This document shows, in pieces, positions 46,378 through 56,865 of a stretch of DNA of 64,000 nt. Under the pieces are notes generated by a model. That model ran no database searches, was not told the origin of the DNA, and worked only from the letters and a program-made list of their open reading frames with translations. The stretch is from positions 29,255 through 93,254 of the forward strand of contig JBFOMH010000011.1 in NCBI GenBank assembly GCA_040830765.1, given 5' to 3'. Every line of letters starts with the position of its first letter. Position 1 is the stretch's first letter. Position numbers and translations under genes: made by a program. The DNA is from Puniceicoccaceae bacterium (lineage in GTDB: Bacteria > Verrucomicrobiota > Verrucomicrobiia > Opitutales > Oceanipulchritudinaceae).

Positions 46378-49056
46378 ATGAAAGGAATCTATTTACTTTT
46401 CCTTGCCGTAATTGGAGCTACCCTGAATGCAGGGCTCATCATAACTGAGTTTCTTGCCTCCAATGGCAGTGGTCTGGATGACGAGGATGGAAATTCTTCG
46501 GATTGGATAGAAGTGCATAATGATTCGCCCAATGCAGTGAATATTCAGGGATGGTTCCTGTCAGATGATGCTGCTAACCTCACGAAATGGAGGTTTCCTA
46601 ATGCGGTGATACCAGGAAATGGCCATCTTTTGGTATTTGCCTCCGACAAGAATCGAAATCCTATCGGCGGTGAACTGCATACGAATTTCAAACTGTCCAG
46701 TGACGGAGAATACCTTGCCTTGGTGAGACCCGATGGAGTCACTGTTGAATGGGAATACAGACCCGCATTTCCTGAGCAGACACGGGATGTGTCCTATGGC
46801 TTCAGCCTGGATTCTTCACAGTATCAATACTACCTGAACCCGACCCCAGGTGAGGAAAATTCAAATGGGATTGCCGGTTTCATCGGAGAAATCCAGTTCA
46901 GTGTACCTCATGGTCTATATGATCAGGGACTCAAGTTGAGCCTGTCTACCGACACCCCAGACTCCGAAATTCGCTATACACTCGATGGAAGTGAGCCCAA
47001 TCAAAGTCATGGGGAAATCTACGAAAACCCCATTACAATCGATAAGACAAGTGTTGTACGAGCGATGGCGCATAAAAGCGGATTGATTACTCCTTCAGTA
47101 GTGACGCAATCCTACATATTCCCTGCCGATGTGGTTAATCAGTCTGTAATGAATGGTGACTATCCGGATTCTCCGGGAATAATTATTGAGGCCCTGTATT
47201 CACTGCCCACCGTATCCATAGTCGGGAACCATGAAGACATTTTCGGATCCTCAGGGTTTTACAACAATGGTAGCGACAACAACAATGCGCGTTGGGAACG
47301 GCCAGGTTCCATTGAGTTGATTTACCCGGATGGTCAGGAGGGATTCCAGGCCAACGCAGGCATGCAAGGTCGCAGTTCACGCCTGAAGAAACGAAGCGTT
47401 CAGATCGACTTCAAGCGCAAGTACGGACCATCAAAGCTGGATTTTCCGGTTTTCGAGCACGCCATCGTCGGTAGTGATACAGTTGAAGAACCGCACGACT
47501 CGTTGGTGCTCCGCTCGGGCAAGGCGGAAAACCTTTCGGCCACCGGATACAATCCGATCCTTGTGATATATTTTCGTGATCCGATGGTGCGCGATGCGGA
47601 GTACCTGATTCAAGGGTACGGAACACGAAACCTGATGGTCCACCTGTATATTAACGGTCTGTACTGGGGACTGTACAACCTGACAGAAAAACAGGAGATA
47701 GACTTTTTCCAGAAGTACTTTGGCGGCGAAGAGGAAGAGTGGTTCGAAGTGAAGGCTAAAGATCGGAGCGACTTTGACGGGAATGATGGGATATTTGATA
47801 AGGATCACCCCGGTGCCAAGCGATACACTGATTTCCTCAACTTTATCGCTAGCGCTGACATCAGTGACCCAGAGAATTACACCCGGGTCCAAGAGGACCT
47901 CGATATCTACAATTTTACGGATTACCTGATATTCTATAATTTCTATGCCGTTGGCGACTGGCCGGATAACAACTGGACATTCTGCATGCGCGGGGGAGAT
48001 CGTCCGCTTCCTGGACGTTTCCTGGCCTGGGATGCGGAAAAGGCGTGGTTTGAAAATGATGACAACCAGTCCTACAAGCATGGCTGGTACAGTCCATGGT
48101 TAAGAGGGCAGGGTGGATCAAACTACCAACCAACAATCAAGCGGATATGGCAGGGGCTTATCCAAAATGAGGAATACCGGTTGTTCTTCTCCGATCGCCT
48201 GTACAGGCATACCCATCACAATGGAGTGCTTACTGATGAAAAAGCACAATCTCGAATGATTGCTTACAAGGATCATATTGACCTGGCTGTCAGGGCGGAG
48301 CGTATGCGTTGGGGCGACGATACACGACTGTCGCACCTTTTCACTCATGAAGATTTTCAGCAGGAATTCGATCGGGTGATGGTGAATATTCAGGGCAACG
48401 TGGAGAAGACGATTAAAGGTTTTAGAGCAGGCGGTATCTATCCTGATCTGGATCCGCCAGTTCTCAACCAGCATGGGGGGAACATCCCTCCTCAGAAGCC
48501 GCTTCTATTTGTCAATCCAAACGCCCGGGGTGACATGTACTACACCATTGACGGTACAGATCCGCGTGGCTCCTCATTACTTGGAGAAGTCTCTGAAACA
48601 GCTGTTCGCTATACCGGTCCATTCGCTCTTGGGAAAGGTGGCCTTACCCTCCTGAAGGCCCGTGTACTTGATCATGGTGAATGGAGCCCGGTAACCTGTG
48701 CATGGTTTAATGGAGATCCTCAGGAGTTTGAGGATTACATCGCCGACGTAGCGGACCTCAAGTTCTACGAACGGTTCGACTACATGTTCAAGAGCTTCAA
48801 TTTCGGTACCTTTCACACCAATTTCTTCCCTTGGATTTTCCATAATTCAATTGGTTACTTTTATGTTGTCGGAGATGAACTCGAATGGATCTATCATCTT
48901 GATCTTGGTTGGTTGTGGATGGATCCTGATGATTATCCACTTGCATGGGATTACCAGAATCAAAACTGGATCTGGTTCTACATGGAAGGTAATGGTTCTA
49001 TCTCAGGGCAGCGCTATTATTATGATTTTGGCTCTTCATCCTGGATAGGATATTGA
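46378..49056 (+). CDS. secreted lamin-tail + Fn3-associated + CotH kinase-family protein with Trp-rich C-terminal domain
   Basis: IITEFLASN..DEDGNSSDWIE (LTD); IRYTLDGSEP; HLYINGLYWGLYNLTE, DWPDNNW, WDAE (CotH); C-terminal PWIFH..GWLW..YP. Confidence 0.85.
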   Translation: MKGIYLLFLAVIGATLNAGLIITEFLASNGSGLDDEDGNSSDWIEVHNDSPNAVNIQGWFLSDDAANLTKWRFPNAVIPGNGHLLVFASDKNRNPIGGELHTNFKLSSDGEYLALVRPDGVTVEWEYRPAFPEQTRDVSYGFSLDSSQYQYYLNPTPGEENSNGIAGFIGEIQFSVPHGLYDQGLKLSLSTDTPDSEIRYTLDGSEPNQSHGEIYENPITIDKTSVVRAMAHKSGLITPSVVTQSYIFPADVVNQSVMNGDYPDSPGIIIEALYSLPTVSIVGNHEDIFGSSGFYNNGSDNNNARWERPGSIELIYPDGQEGFQANAGMQGRSSRLKKRSVQIDFKRKYGPSKLDFPVFEHAIVGSDTVEEPHDSLVLRSGKAENLSATGYNPILVIYFRDPMVRDAEYLIQGYGTRNLMVHLYINGLYWGLYNLTEKQEIDFFQKYFGGEEEEWFEVKAKDRSDFDGNDGIFDKDHPGAKRYTDFLNFIASADISDPENYTRVQEDLDIYNFTDYLIFYNFYAVGDWPDNNWTFCMRGGDRPLPGRFLAWDAEKAWFENDDNQSYKHGWYSPWLRGQGGSNYQPTIKRIWQGLIQNEEYRLFFSDRLYRHTHHNGVLTDEKAQSRMIAYKDHIDLAVRAERMRWGDDTRLSHLFTHEDFQQEFDRVMVNIQGNVEKTIKGFRAGGIYPDLDPPVLNQHGGNIPPQKPLLFVNPNARGDMYYTIDGTDPRGSSLLGEVSETAVRYTGPFALGKGGLTLLKARVLDHGEWSPVTCAWFNGDPQEFEDYIADVADLKFYERFDYMFKSFNFGTFHTNFFPWIFHNSIGYFYVVGDELEWIYHLDLGWLWMDPDDYPLAWDYQNQNWIWFYMEGNGSISGQRYYYDFGSSSWIGY

Positions 49057-49101
49057 GCTATGTGTATTGAATTTTCACTCTAACCTAATAATACGATCCC
49101 T

Positions 49102-50565
49102 ATGAAGCATCCCAACCCTGTCCGGGGAAATCCTGATCAACCAACTGTAGAAAAGAAAGCAAGGCAACATCACGTAACAAAAGATAGGGACCGCGTTCCA
49201 TTTATCCAAAAACTATCCATAGGGATTGGGGAAATGCCGTCCTTTGGGCGCCAGGGAATTGAGAACCTGGCACTGCCAATTTATAATATCGTTCTGGGAG
49301 TAAATCCCCTCCTGGTGACCATTGTCATGAGCTTAACCAGGCTGCTGGACGCCATAACAGATCCGATTGCTGGATCAATCTCAGACAATACCCGTTCCAG
49401 ATGGGGACGAAGAAAGCCCTATCTCTTCGTATCGATTTTTCTATGTGGATTGCTATTTCCGCTCATTTGGTTAGTCCCCGAGGGATGGAGTGAAATGGCA
49501 TATTTTTACTATTTTCTTGCTACGGCGCTGCTGTTTTACACGGCCTATTCATTCTATAATGTTCCTCTAATGGCACTTGCGCTTGAGGTAACGCCGGATT
49601 ACCACGAACGGACCCGCGTTATTGCCTTCAAGAATGTTTTTGTGCAGCTGATGACCATCTTCAGCGTGTGGCTTTTTGCTTTTACGCAGTTGGACAACTT
49701 CGAGAATACCATGCAGGGTGCCCGGTGTAGCGGACTCCTCATTGGCGGAATTGTGCTATTGTCTGGGATAATCCCCATTGTCTTTGTCCGGGAGGGATTC
49801 CGAGAGGTTGCGCTAAAAAAGAAGGGATTGCCTTTTTTCGCTGGTGTCCGCGAAACGCTCACGACAAAGCCTTTCCTGATCATCTGTTTGGTGGCTCTAT
49901 TTACGGGCCTACCGGGTGTGCTTTCGCAAACAATGGGTCTCTATGTAATGATCTATTATGTTTTTGATGGAAATCTCAAGGAGGCGGCCATTTTGAACGG
50001 CGTTGCTGGTACTGTTCAGCAAGTAACCACCATCCTGGCGATCCCGTTTGCCGCTTGGCTGAGTGTCAGAATCGGTAAGGTGCACGCCCTCAAGCTATGC
50101 TTAGGCTTTGTCTTTCTTGGGGAGATTTCCAAATGGTTCTTCTACTCGCCTGACTTTCCATACCTGGCCATCGGAACTGCCGTGCTACTTGGTCCTGGAT
50201 CCACGGCACTATATACTTTGGTCGGATCCATGATTGCGGATGTCTGCGATTATGATGAGCTGAAAACGGGCCGACGGCGCGAGGGTATGTATGGTTCCAT
50301 ATATTCATGGATAAGCAAGGCGATTGGATCTATTGCTACGGTCCTGACAGGGATTATTCTGGTGATTGTTGGCTTTGATGCTGCAAAGACTGGTCACCAA
50401 GATCCTGAATCCATTACCTATATGAGAGTTTCCTTCTCCCTCATTCCGACAATCGGGGTCATTTTTGCTTTCTTTGTGTTGAAATTGTACGATCTCAATG
50501 AAGACAGGGCTTATGAAATCCGTCAGGAGTTGGAAAATCGGCGGGGATCAGATTACGTAGAATAG
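49102..50565 (+). CDS. MFS glycoside-pentoside-hexuronide (MelB-like) transporter
   Basis: DAITDPIAGSISDNTRSRWGRRKPY, EVTPDYHERT, ADVCDYDELKTGRRREG; ~12 TM segments. Confidence 0.92.
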   Translation: MKHPNPVRGNPDQPTVEKKARQHHVTKDRDRVPFIQKLSIGIGEMPSFGRQGIENLALPIYNIVLGVNPLLVTIVMSLTRLLDAITDPIAGSISDNTRSRWGRRKPYLFVSIFLCGLLFPLIWLVPEGWSEMAYFYYFLATALLFYTAYSFYNVPLMALALEVTPDYHERTRVIAFKNVFVQLMTIFSVWLFAFTQLDNFENTMQGARCSGLLIGGIVLLSGIIPIVFVREGFREVALKKKGLPFFAGVRETLTTKPFLIICLVALFTGLPGVLSQTMGLYVMIYYVFDGNLKEAAILNGVAGTVQQVTTILAIPFAAWLSVRIGKVHALKLCLGFVFLGEISKWFFYSPDFPYLAIGTAVLLGPGSTALYTLVGSMIADVCDYDELKTGRRREGMYGSIYSWISKAIGSIATVLTGIILVIVGFDAAKTGHQDPESITYMRVSFSLIPTIGVIFAFFVLKLYDLNEDRAYEIRQELENRRGSDYVE

Positions 50566-50655
50566 TGAACGCACCAATAGAGGGCAGGCTCCCTTCCGAC
50601 TGGTGCCATGGAAGCCCTGTTGAGTGCTCATCAAATGTCTCTAGCAGATAAAAAT

Positions 50656-51531
50656 ATGAAAAGGAATAGAATCGGATTTATCGGTACAGGAGTCATGGGG
50701 TGCAGCATGGCAAAGCATCTTATGAATGCAGGGCATGAACTCTTTGTTCACAATCGTACCCGATCAAAGGCGGCAACATTGATTGCAGACGGCGCCATCT
50801 GGTGCGACTCAGTGGCTGCACTGGCACCTCATGTAGAAGTTGTGATCTCCATCCTCGGCTATCCTTTGGATGTTGAGCAGACTTACCTTGGCGATAACGG
50901 ACTTATAAAGCACGCCAAATCGGGCACCCTACTGATCGATATGACAACCTCTCGACCCGAATTGGCACTCCTGATTGAAAATGAGGCTGAACAGATGAAT
51001 TGTGAGGCCTTGGATGCGCCAGTATCCGGTGGTGATATAGGGGCGCGGGAAGCACGACTCTCGATCATGGTTGGCGGTAATCCGGATACTTTCGCAACCG
51101 CACTTCCAATCTTCGAAAGAATGGGTCGCAATATTGTCTATCAGGGGCTTCCCGGGAGTGGACAGCACTGCAAGATGGCAAACCAGATTGCCATAGCTTC
51201 CGGCATGATGGGAGTTTGCGAGGCCATTGCTTATGCGAGCAAGGCGGGTTTGGATGCAAATCGTGTCTTGCAAAGTATTGAAAGCGGGGCTGCTGGAAGC
51301 TGGAGCCTCAGCAATCTCGCCCCACGCATACTCAAGAAAGACTTTACTCCAGGATTTTTCGTCAAGCACTTTATCAAGGATCTGGGGATCGCACTGGAAT
51401 CTGCCAGAACCATGAATCTGGAGCTGCCCGGTTTGTCCAGGGCCCTGGAATTGTACCAAAGACTTGCCGATGCCGGCCATGCAGACGAGGGCACGCAAGC
51501 TTTGTATTTGCTTTACGGAGAAGGTGAATAG
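50656..51531 (+). CDS. beta-hydroxyacid dehydrogenase (3-hydroxyisobutyrate DH / tartronate semialdehyde reductase family)
   Basis: IGFIGTGVMG, IDMTTS, LDAPVSGGD, GSGQHCKMANQ, FIKDL. Confidence 0.92.
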   Translation: MKRNRIGFIGTGVMGCSMAKHLMNAGHELFVHNRTRSKAATLIADGAIWCDSVAALAPHVEVVISILGYPLDVEQTYLGDNGLIKHAKSGTLLIDMTTSRPELALLIENEAEQMNCEALDAPVSGGDIGAREARLSIMVGGNPDTFATALPIFERMGRNIVYQGLPGSGQHCKMANQIAIASGMMGVCEAIAYASKAGLDANRVLQSIESGAAGSWSLSNLAPRILKKDFTPGFFVKHFIKDLGIALESARTMNLELPGLSRALELYQRLADAGHADEGTQALYLLYGEGE

Positions 51532-51701
51532 CTTTCATGAAAGCAGGTTGTTTCAGGCTTAATGGAAGCGGTCTGCGATAGGAAAAATTGTGCGCCCTGT
51601 TGAATAACCGTTATTTCCAATGATTTGACGGAAAAGAATGTTGACAGGCAAACGATACGCCACTCAACTTGTCATATAAGTAAAATAATCATACAAAAGC
51701 C

Positions 51702-52751
51702 ATGAAGAAAACTTACTTTCATCGAGTCCTGGATCTTACGCCCACGAAAATGTGGTGTAATAATGTAACGTCCGAAGAAGCGCAGATGGCCATCGAATCA
51801 GGTGCGCGCGGCTGCACACAAAATCCCGCTTACACGTGGAAAATGCTGACCCATGCGAAGGGAAAGGATAATGCCATGGAATTGCTGGATGCTACTCTTT
51901 CCGAGAGTGAAGACGACAATGAGGTACTTTGCAGTCTTCAAGGAAAATTAATTTCTGAAATCGCCAAGGTTTTCATGCCGGTATGGGAGGAGAGTAATGG
52001 TGCCCATGGATATGTCAGCATTCAGGGGGATCCCATACACGAGGAAGATCCTCAAGTCATTATTAATGAAGCTCGCCGAAACCGTGAGTTTTCCCCTAAC
52101 ATGATGATCAAGATCCCTGCCACGGAGGCCGGACTAGAAGCAATGGGGGTTCTGATTGAAGAAAATACACCGTTGAACGCTACTGAAGTAATGGGAATGA
52201 GCCAGGTTGTCGATCTCTGTGAAATGTATCAGAAGATCACGGCCAAAACCAAAACCAAACCCGTCATGCTTGTTTCCCTGATTACTGGAATTTATGACGA
52301 ATGGTTGGCTATGGATGTGAAAGAAAAGGGCATCGCGATCAATCCGGACATACTCTATCAAGCAGGCATGGTCATCGCAAAGAAGGTCTATCAGGTTATG
52401 CATGACCGGAACTATCCTCTCGGTTTTATCGGTGGTGGTGTACGTGGATTACATCATTTCACCGAGATGGTGGGCGGCGATGTAAATATCACCATGAACT
52501 GGTCTGATATTCTAAAGCTGATGGAAGCTGACCAGCCAGTGGTATCACGCCTTTTCAACCCATCTCAACCTGCGGTTCTTGAAACCCTTCTTGATACTTT
52601 GCCTCAGTTCCGGCAAGCTTACTTTGAAAATGGCCTCAAGATAGAAGAATACGAAGAGTATGGGCCTGTCGATTTCTTCCGGCAATCCTTTATCAAGGCA
52701 TGGAATAATGCCCTTGGTGTGATTGCCGAAAGACGATCTGTAAGGTCATAA
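51702..52751 (+). CDS. transaldolase-family protein (atypical)
   Basis: GCTQNP, GYVSIQGDP, MIKIPATEAGL (Schiff-base Lys), LNAT. Confidence 0.82.
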   Translation: MKKTYFHRVLDLTPTKMWCNNVTSEEAQMAIESGARGCTQNPAYTWKMLTHAKGKDNAMELLDATLSESEDDNEVLCSLQGKLISEIAKVFMPVWEESNGAHGYVSIQGDPIHEEDPQVIINEARRNREFSPNMMIKIPATEAGLEAMGVLIEENTPLNATEVMGMSQVVDLCEMYQKITAKTKTKPVMLVSLITGIYDEWLAMDVKEKGIAINPDILYQAGMVIAKKVYQVMHDRNYPLGFIGGGVRGLHHFTEMVGGDVNITMNWSDILKLMEADQPVVSRLFNPSQPAVLETLLDTLPQFRQAYFENGLKIEEYEEYGPVDFFRQSFIKAWNNALGVIAERRSVRS

Positions 52752-52968
52752 CTACCAAGATGCCCGTTAGCGATGATAAGGCCGAATAGCTGTACTGTCC
52801 ACTTTCGGGGTCCGATCATCCACCGCGATTTTCCTCCCATATTGGTTTGTGTGCAACGGTGGGCACGCTGACAAACTTTCTTCTGACTCAATCCCGTTTT
52901 AGTCAACTTAGTACCACAATGATTCACTGCATATTGCTCCTGAACCCCGAACCTAAACAGATACCACT

Positions 52969-53949
52969 ATGAAAAAAATAAAACACCTGTTGATATCCGT
53001 CACATCACTTCTGCTGGGCTCCAGCCTGTCAATGGCGCAATTCAACATGCAGCCAGCATCTTTTGATTCCAGTTCCGCACCCCTGGATGGGATGGTGATG
53101 GGATTGCAAGAGGAAGGCTTCGACTTGGCTTGGTCCAATACCAACTTTGCCGGCGGTGATAGTCCCGGGGAAATTGGCGGAACTTTTGCCCGTACAAACA
53201 ACGCCTGGGGACATTTCTGGGCGGACAATACCATTGATGACGATGGCGAGGTCACGCGATTCGATCGGCTGGAAATGAGCGGAAAGTTCATAATTGCCGA
53301 AAACCTCAACATGGACGGTTGGGCCGTCATTGGTTGGACAAGTTTGGAAATCGCCGAGACCTTTCCCGATGTGGAATCCCAAAATCAATTAGGGATGGCT
53401 ATCATTGAACCCGGGGATGAGCAAGGATTCAGGGTGATCGCCATGTCCAATACCTCTGCATTTGAGCGATTCCGTGGAAGTGTCGTGAAAATTCCCGCAG
53501 GGGTTGAAACAGAATTCCATTTCCTGTGGGAGCCGAGTGTATTTGAAGATGGGACTGGCACCATGACCCTCACATTGACACTGGAAGATGGAACCGTACT
53601 CGTTTCGAGCGGTGAGGACGTGCGTATCCCAGAACCTGCTGATTGGAATTTCGACGCTTTCATGATTGGCGGCTCACCTGCGGCATCAAGCGATCCCGCC
53701 AGGCAAGCTCGTTACTATTTTGACGACTTGGAATATTCCGTGAATCGTCAGGTTGTCGATCCCGGCGGTGGTGAGAAATGGGAAGGATACGATGTTCTTC
53801 CGAGCGGCGATGCTGACACTGGCGAATGGATGGGCTGGGTTTATGTAGCCGATGCACCTTACGTATACAATTACTCATTGATTTCCTGGATGTACGTACC
53901 AACCGGAAGCGCTACCCAAAGTGGTGGCTGGGTTTGGATATTCAACTAA
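52969..53949 (+). CDS. secreted hypothetical protein (beta-sandwich-like) with Trp-rich C-terminal domain
   Basis: Signal peptide; C-terminal WEGY..GDADTGEWMGWVYV..APYVY..WMY..GGWVWIFN. Confidence 0.75.
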   Translation: MKKIKHLLISVTSLLLGSSLSMAQFNMQPASFDSSSAPLDGMVMGLQEEGFDLAWSNTNFAGGDSPGEIGGTFARTNNAWGHFWADNTIDDDGEVTRFDRLEMSGKFIIAENLNMDGWAVIGWTSLEIAETFPDVESQNQLGMAIIEPGDEQGFRVIAMSNTSAFERFRGSVVKIPAGVETEFHFLWEPSVFEDGTGTMTLTLTLEDGTVLVSSGEDVRIPEPADWNFDAFMIGGSPAASSDPARQARYYFDDLEYSVNRQVVDPGGGEKWEGYDVLPSGDADTGEWMGWVYVADAPYVYNYSLISWMYVPTGSATQSGGWVWIFN

Positions 53950-54059
53950 TCGTCATCCAGCAATAGATGGTTGTTTATGGACTTATGATGCATTAATTGA
54001 CGCTCGGTGCCATACAGTGGTTGCCCGGGCGTCTTTCCTTTAGAATCTATATTCCAATC

Positions 54060-56411
54060 ATGAGACCGCTTCTTCGAATTATCCCATTGTTTAGCGTATT
54101 CCTCGGCATAAGTACACAATTGATGGGTCAGGAAACTGCCCATGTTCCAGCGGAAGACCAAGTGTACGAACTGTCGCCCTTTACCGTCACGGAAACGGCA
54201 TTCGGCTATGCGGCTGACCTGTCTATTTCGGCCTCCCGGGTTGCTGTTGAGTTGCGGAAATTGCCCAGGTCCCTGAACGTCATCACTTCTGAACTGTTGG
54301 GCGATTCTCTTTCCATGGATGTACTGGACGCCATCCGCTTTGCCAGTTCTGTGGATCCGTCTGAAAACGACAGCGGAAGGCTCGTGATCCGTGGATTTGA
54401 TGTTAACACGCGCTATCGCAACTTTAACCCGACTCGCAGTTATACATGGGGTCCTTTCATTGATCGTCTGGAAGTTGTTAAGGGTCCGGCATCCACTCTT
54501 TACGGACGCGCCAGCCCGGGGGGATTAGTCAACGTCGTTACCAAGCGGCCGAACTTCAATAAGGCAACGGACATCAACTCATCATTTGGGGTTGACGGGA
54601 TTGACCTTACCCGGGTGATACTCGACCATCAAAATTCGCTGGAATATGCAAACGGCATTGGTTATAGAATCATTGGGGCGTGGGAAGACAAGGATGGGCC
54701 TGTTGATTATACTCCGGAAGAACGATACGGCATACTTGCTTCAATCGAGGGACGACTAACCTCCAGGGATGCCATCATTTTTGAGTACGAATACGATTAT
54801 TCGGAAAAATGGTGGGGGTACACGGCTCCCCACTGGAACTGGACCGATACAGCAACGATGTCTGTCGAGCAGACACCATGGGATTTTTCTGATGACAACC
54901 GTCATAGCCTTGGTTTGCCCTTTGAATACGCTGACGAGAAAACCACTAAATTTTTTGCTGAATATCGGCGCAGGTTTTTCGACACCTGGAATCTAAGTGT
55001 CGTCTATGAGAAAGACAATGACGGTCTGAATGACTGGTCAGCCAACTTTCAAGACGTCCCGAGATACCGGAGTCCGGATGAGGACGGAGAGTATTTTCAA
55101 AGAGGCAATTACAATTATAAAACGGGAGACATAAAGTATGGATTCGATGTCATTGAAACGGATATCGATGCGGATGGACTTTATGCCAATCTTACCGGTC
55201 AATGGGATTTCTGGAAAATTGAAAACAGATTTCTGTTTGGTGCCAGTTCCTATGACCTGATCAATACCACGGACACGCGCACAGCCAGTGAAAACCGGGT
55301 CACTAGATCAGGACTCCTCGTGAATTCCCAGGCCTTTTTAAATATGACTCTGGACGAAGCAAGGGCGTTCGATATCCTCTACGAATTAGAAACAGAAATT
55401 GACGATAATGGTGACGGTGCCAATGATTTCCAATGGCGATTTGGGCAACATGAAATAACCAGATTCAAGAATGTCGCCTACTATGCAACCGTGAATTCCG
55501 CGTTCTTCAATGACACTTTGCGCATTCTTGCAGGCATCCGCTATGATGAGTTGCAGCAGTATCGGTATTCTGAGCGCCAGGTTCGGACAAAGGATGGTGA
55601 TATTATTGTGGAAAACGAAGATCCATGGCAAAAGCAGAATGACGCAACTGGTCAATATGCGATCATGTATGATGTGTTTAGCTTCGTCAGTCTTTATGCT
55701 TCTTACAGTGAATCCTTAGTCCAGCAATTCGGCAGCGTTCGTGAGCGTTTCTTTCCGCCTGAACTTGCCGACCCAGCCAAACCCCTTACAGGAACAGGAG
55801 CTGAGATTGGTTTGAAGTTTGATCTGTTCGATGGAATCGTCAGCGGAACAATTGCTGCTTTCGATCTTAAGGAAACAGGACGGGTTCGCAACATCGGTAC
55901 TGATACCTACGGTCCATATCAAAGTGTAACAGAGGAAGATATCACAGAGGGGATTGAAATGGATCTCATTCTTGCCCCTACGCCAAACTGGCAAACCATA
56001 ATTGGTGTTTCATATTTGGATACAGAGTACTTTGACGCAGATTCCCAGGATCCCACTTTTGATAGTTGGGAAAGACGGCAGAACGTACCACTCTGGCAGG
56101 GTAATATATGGACGCGTTATTCAGTTGATGATGGAATTCTAAAGGGCTGGACTGTTGCAGGGGGAGCTACATATAAGGGGGATCGCTCGGAAAGCTATTG
56201 GCCGGGTCCCAGGAGACCCGTTCAAACTTATGCGCATTTAGATGAATACCTCGTCTGGGACGCTATGGTTGGATATGATTGGAGTTCCAAAACTATTAAC
56301 TGGGCATTTAGGCTGAATATCCAGAATGTCACGAATGAGCATTACCACCCTGCAGGATTTGAATATGGAAATCCCCGGAATTTCATTTTCAGCGTAAAGG
56401 CCTCGTTCTAG
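54060..56411 (+). CDS. TonB-dependent receptor
   Basis: YELSPFTV TonB-box region, IDRLEVVKGPASTLYG..SPGGLVN plug, LNIQNVTNE, C-terminal VKASF. Confidence 0.92.
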   Translation: MRPLLRIIPLFSVFLGISTQLMGQETAHVPAEDQVYELSPFTVTETAFGYAADLSISASRVAVELRKLPRSLNVITSELLGDSLSMDVLDAIRFASSVDPSENDSGRLVIRGFDVNTRYRNFNPTRSYTWGPFIDRLEVVKGPASTLYGRASPGGLVNVVTKRPNFNKATDINSSFGVDGIDLTRVILDHQNSLEYANGIGYRIIGAWEDKDGPVDYTPEERYGILASIEGRLTSRDAIIFEYEYDYSEKWWGYTAPHWNWTDTATMSVEQTPWDFSDDNRHSLGLPFEYADEKTTKFFAEYRRRFFDTWNLSVVYEKDNDGLNDWSANFQDVPRYRSPDEDGEYFQRGNYNYKTGDIKYGFDVIETDIDADGLYANLTGQWDFWKIENRFLFGASSYDLINTTDTRTASENRVTRSGLLVNSQAFLNMTLDEARAFDILYELETEIDDNGDGANDFQWRFGQHEITRFKNVAYYATVNSAFFNDTLRILAGIRYDELQQYRYSERQVRTKDGDIIVENEDPWQKQNDATGQYAIMYDVFSFVSLYASYSESLVQQFGSVRERFFPPELADPAKPLTGTGAEIGLKFDLFDGIVSGTIAAFDLKETGRVRNIGTDTYGPYQSVTEEDITEGIEMDLILAPTPNWQTIIGVSYLDTEYFDADSQDPTFDSWERRQNVPLWQGNIWTRYSVDDGILKGWTVAGGATYKGDRSESYWPGPRRPVQTYAHLDEYLVWDAMVGYDWSSKTINWAFRLNIQNVTNEHYHPAGFEYGNPRNFIFSVKASF

Positions 56412-56865
56412 TCTAGGCTCCTCTTTCAAGCTATGCTGAATCGTGCCGGGATCTCATTATTTACGTATAACCTTGTCATTGCAGATAAGACGGCAGTGGG
56501 CTGGTAAATAGCTGAGTCACCCTGAAAGTCTGGGTAAGAGGTATTTAGCCTGAGATTCATTTCTACGAAGGAACGCTAAGCGATCAAAGTGGAGATTCGG
56601 AGTGTCAAAGCGCTTCAAATCGCACCGGTGCGGATTCGATGGGAATATACTCCATCTCGTCACCAATGCTGAACCGGATAGGGACGCCTTGGAAAGTGCA
56701 GCATTGGGAAGTGGTAATCGCTGGGGGATATGCTTTTTGAGGTCATTTTGCGCCAAGAACACTTGACCGCACAGAAACACATCATATGAGTATACAACAC
56801 GCATTAATAGGATTGAGGGGCCAAGCACGTCGCCGAACTCCAAAACATTCATAAAGTCAAAAATC

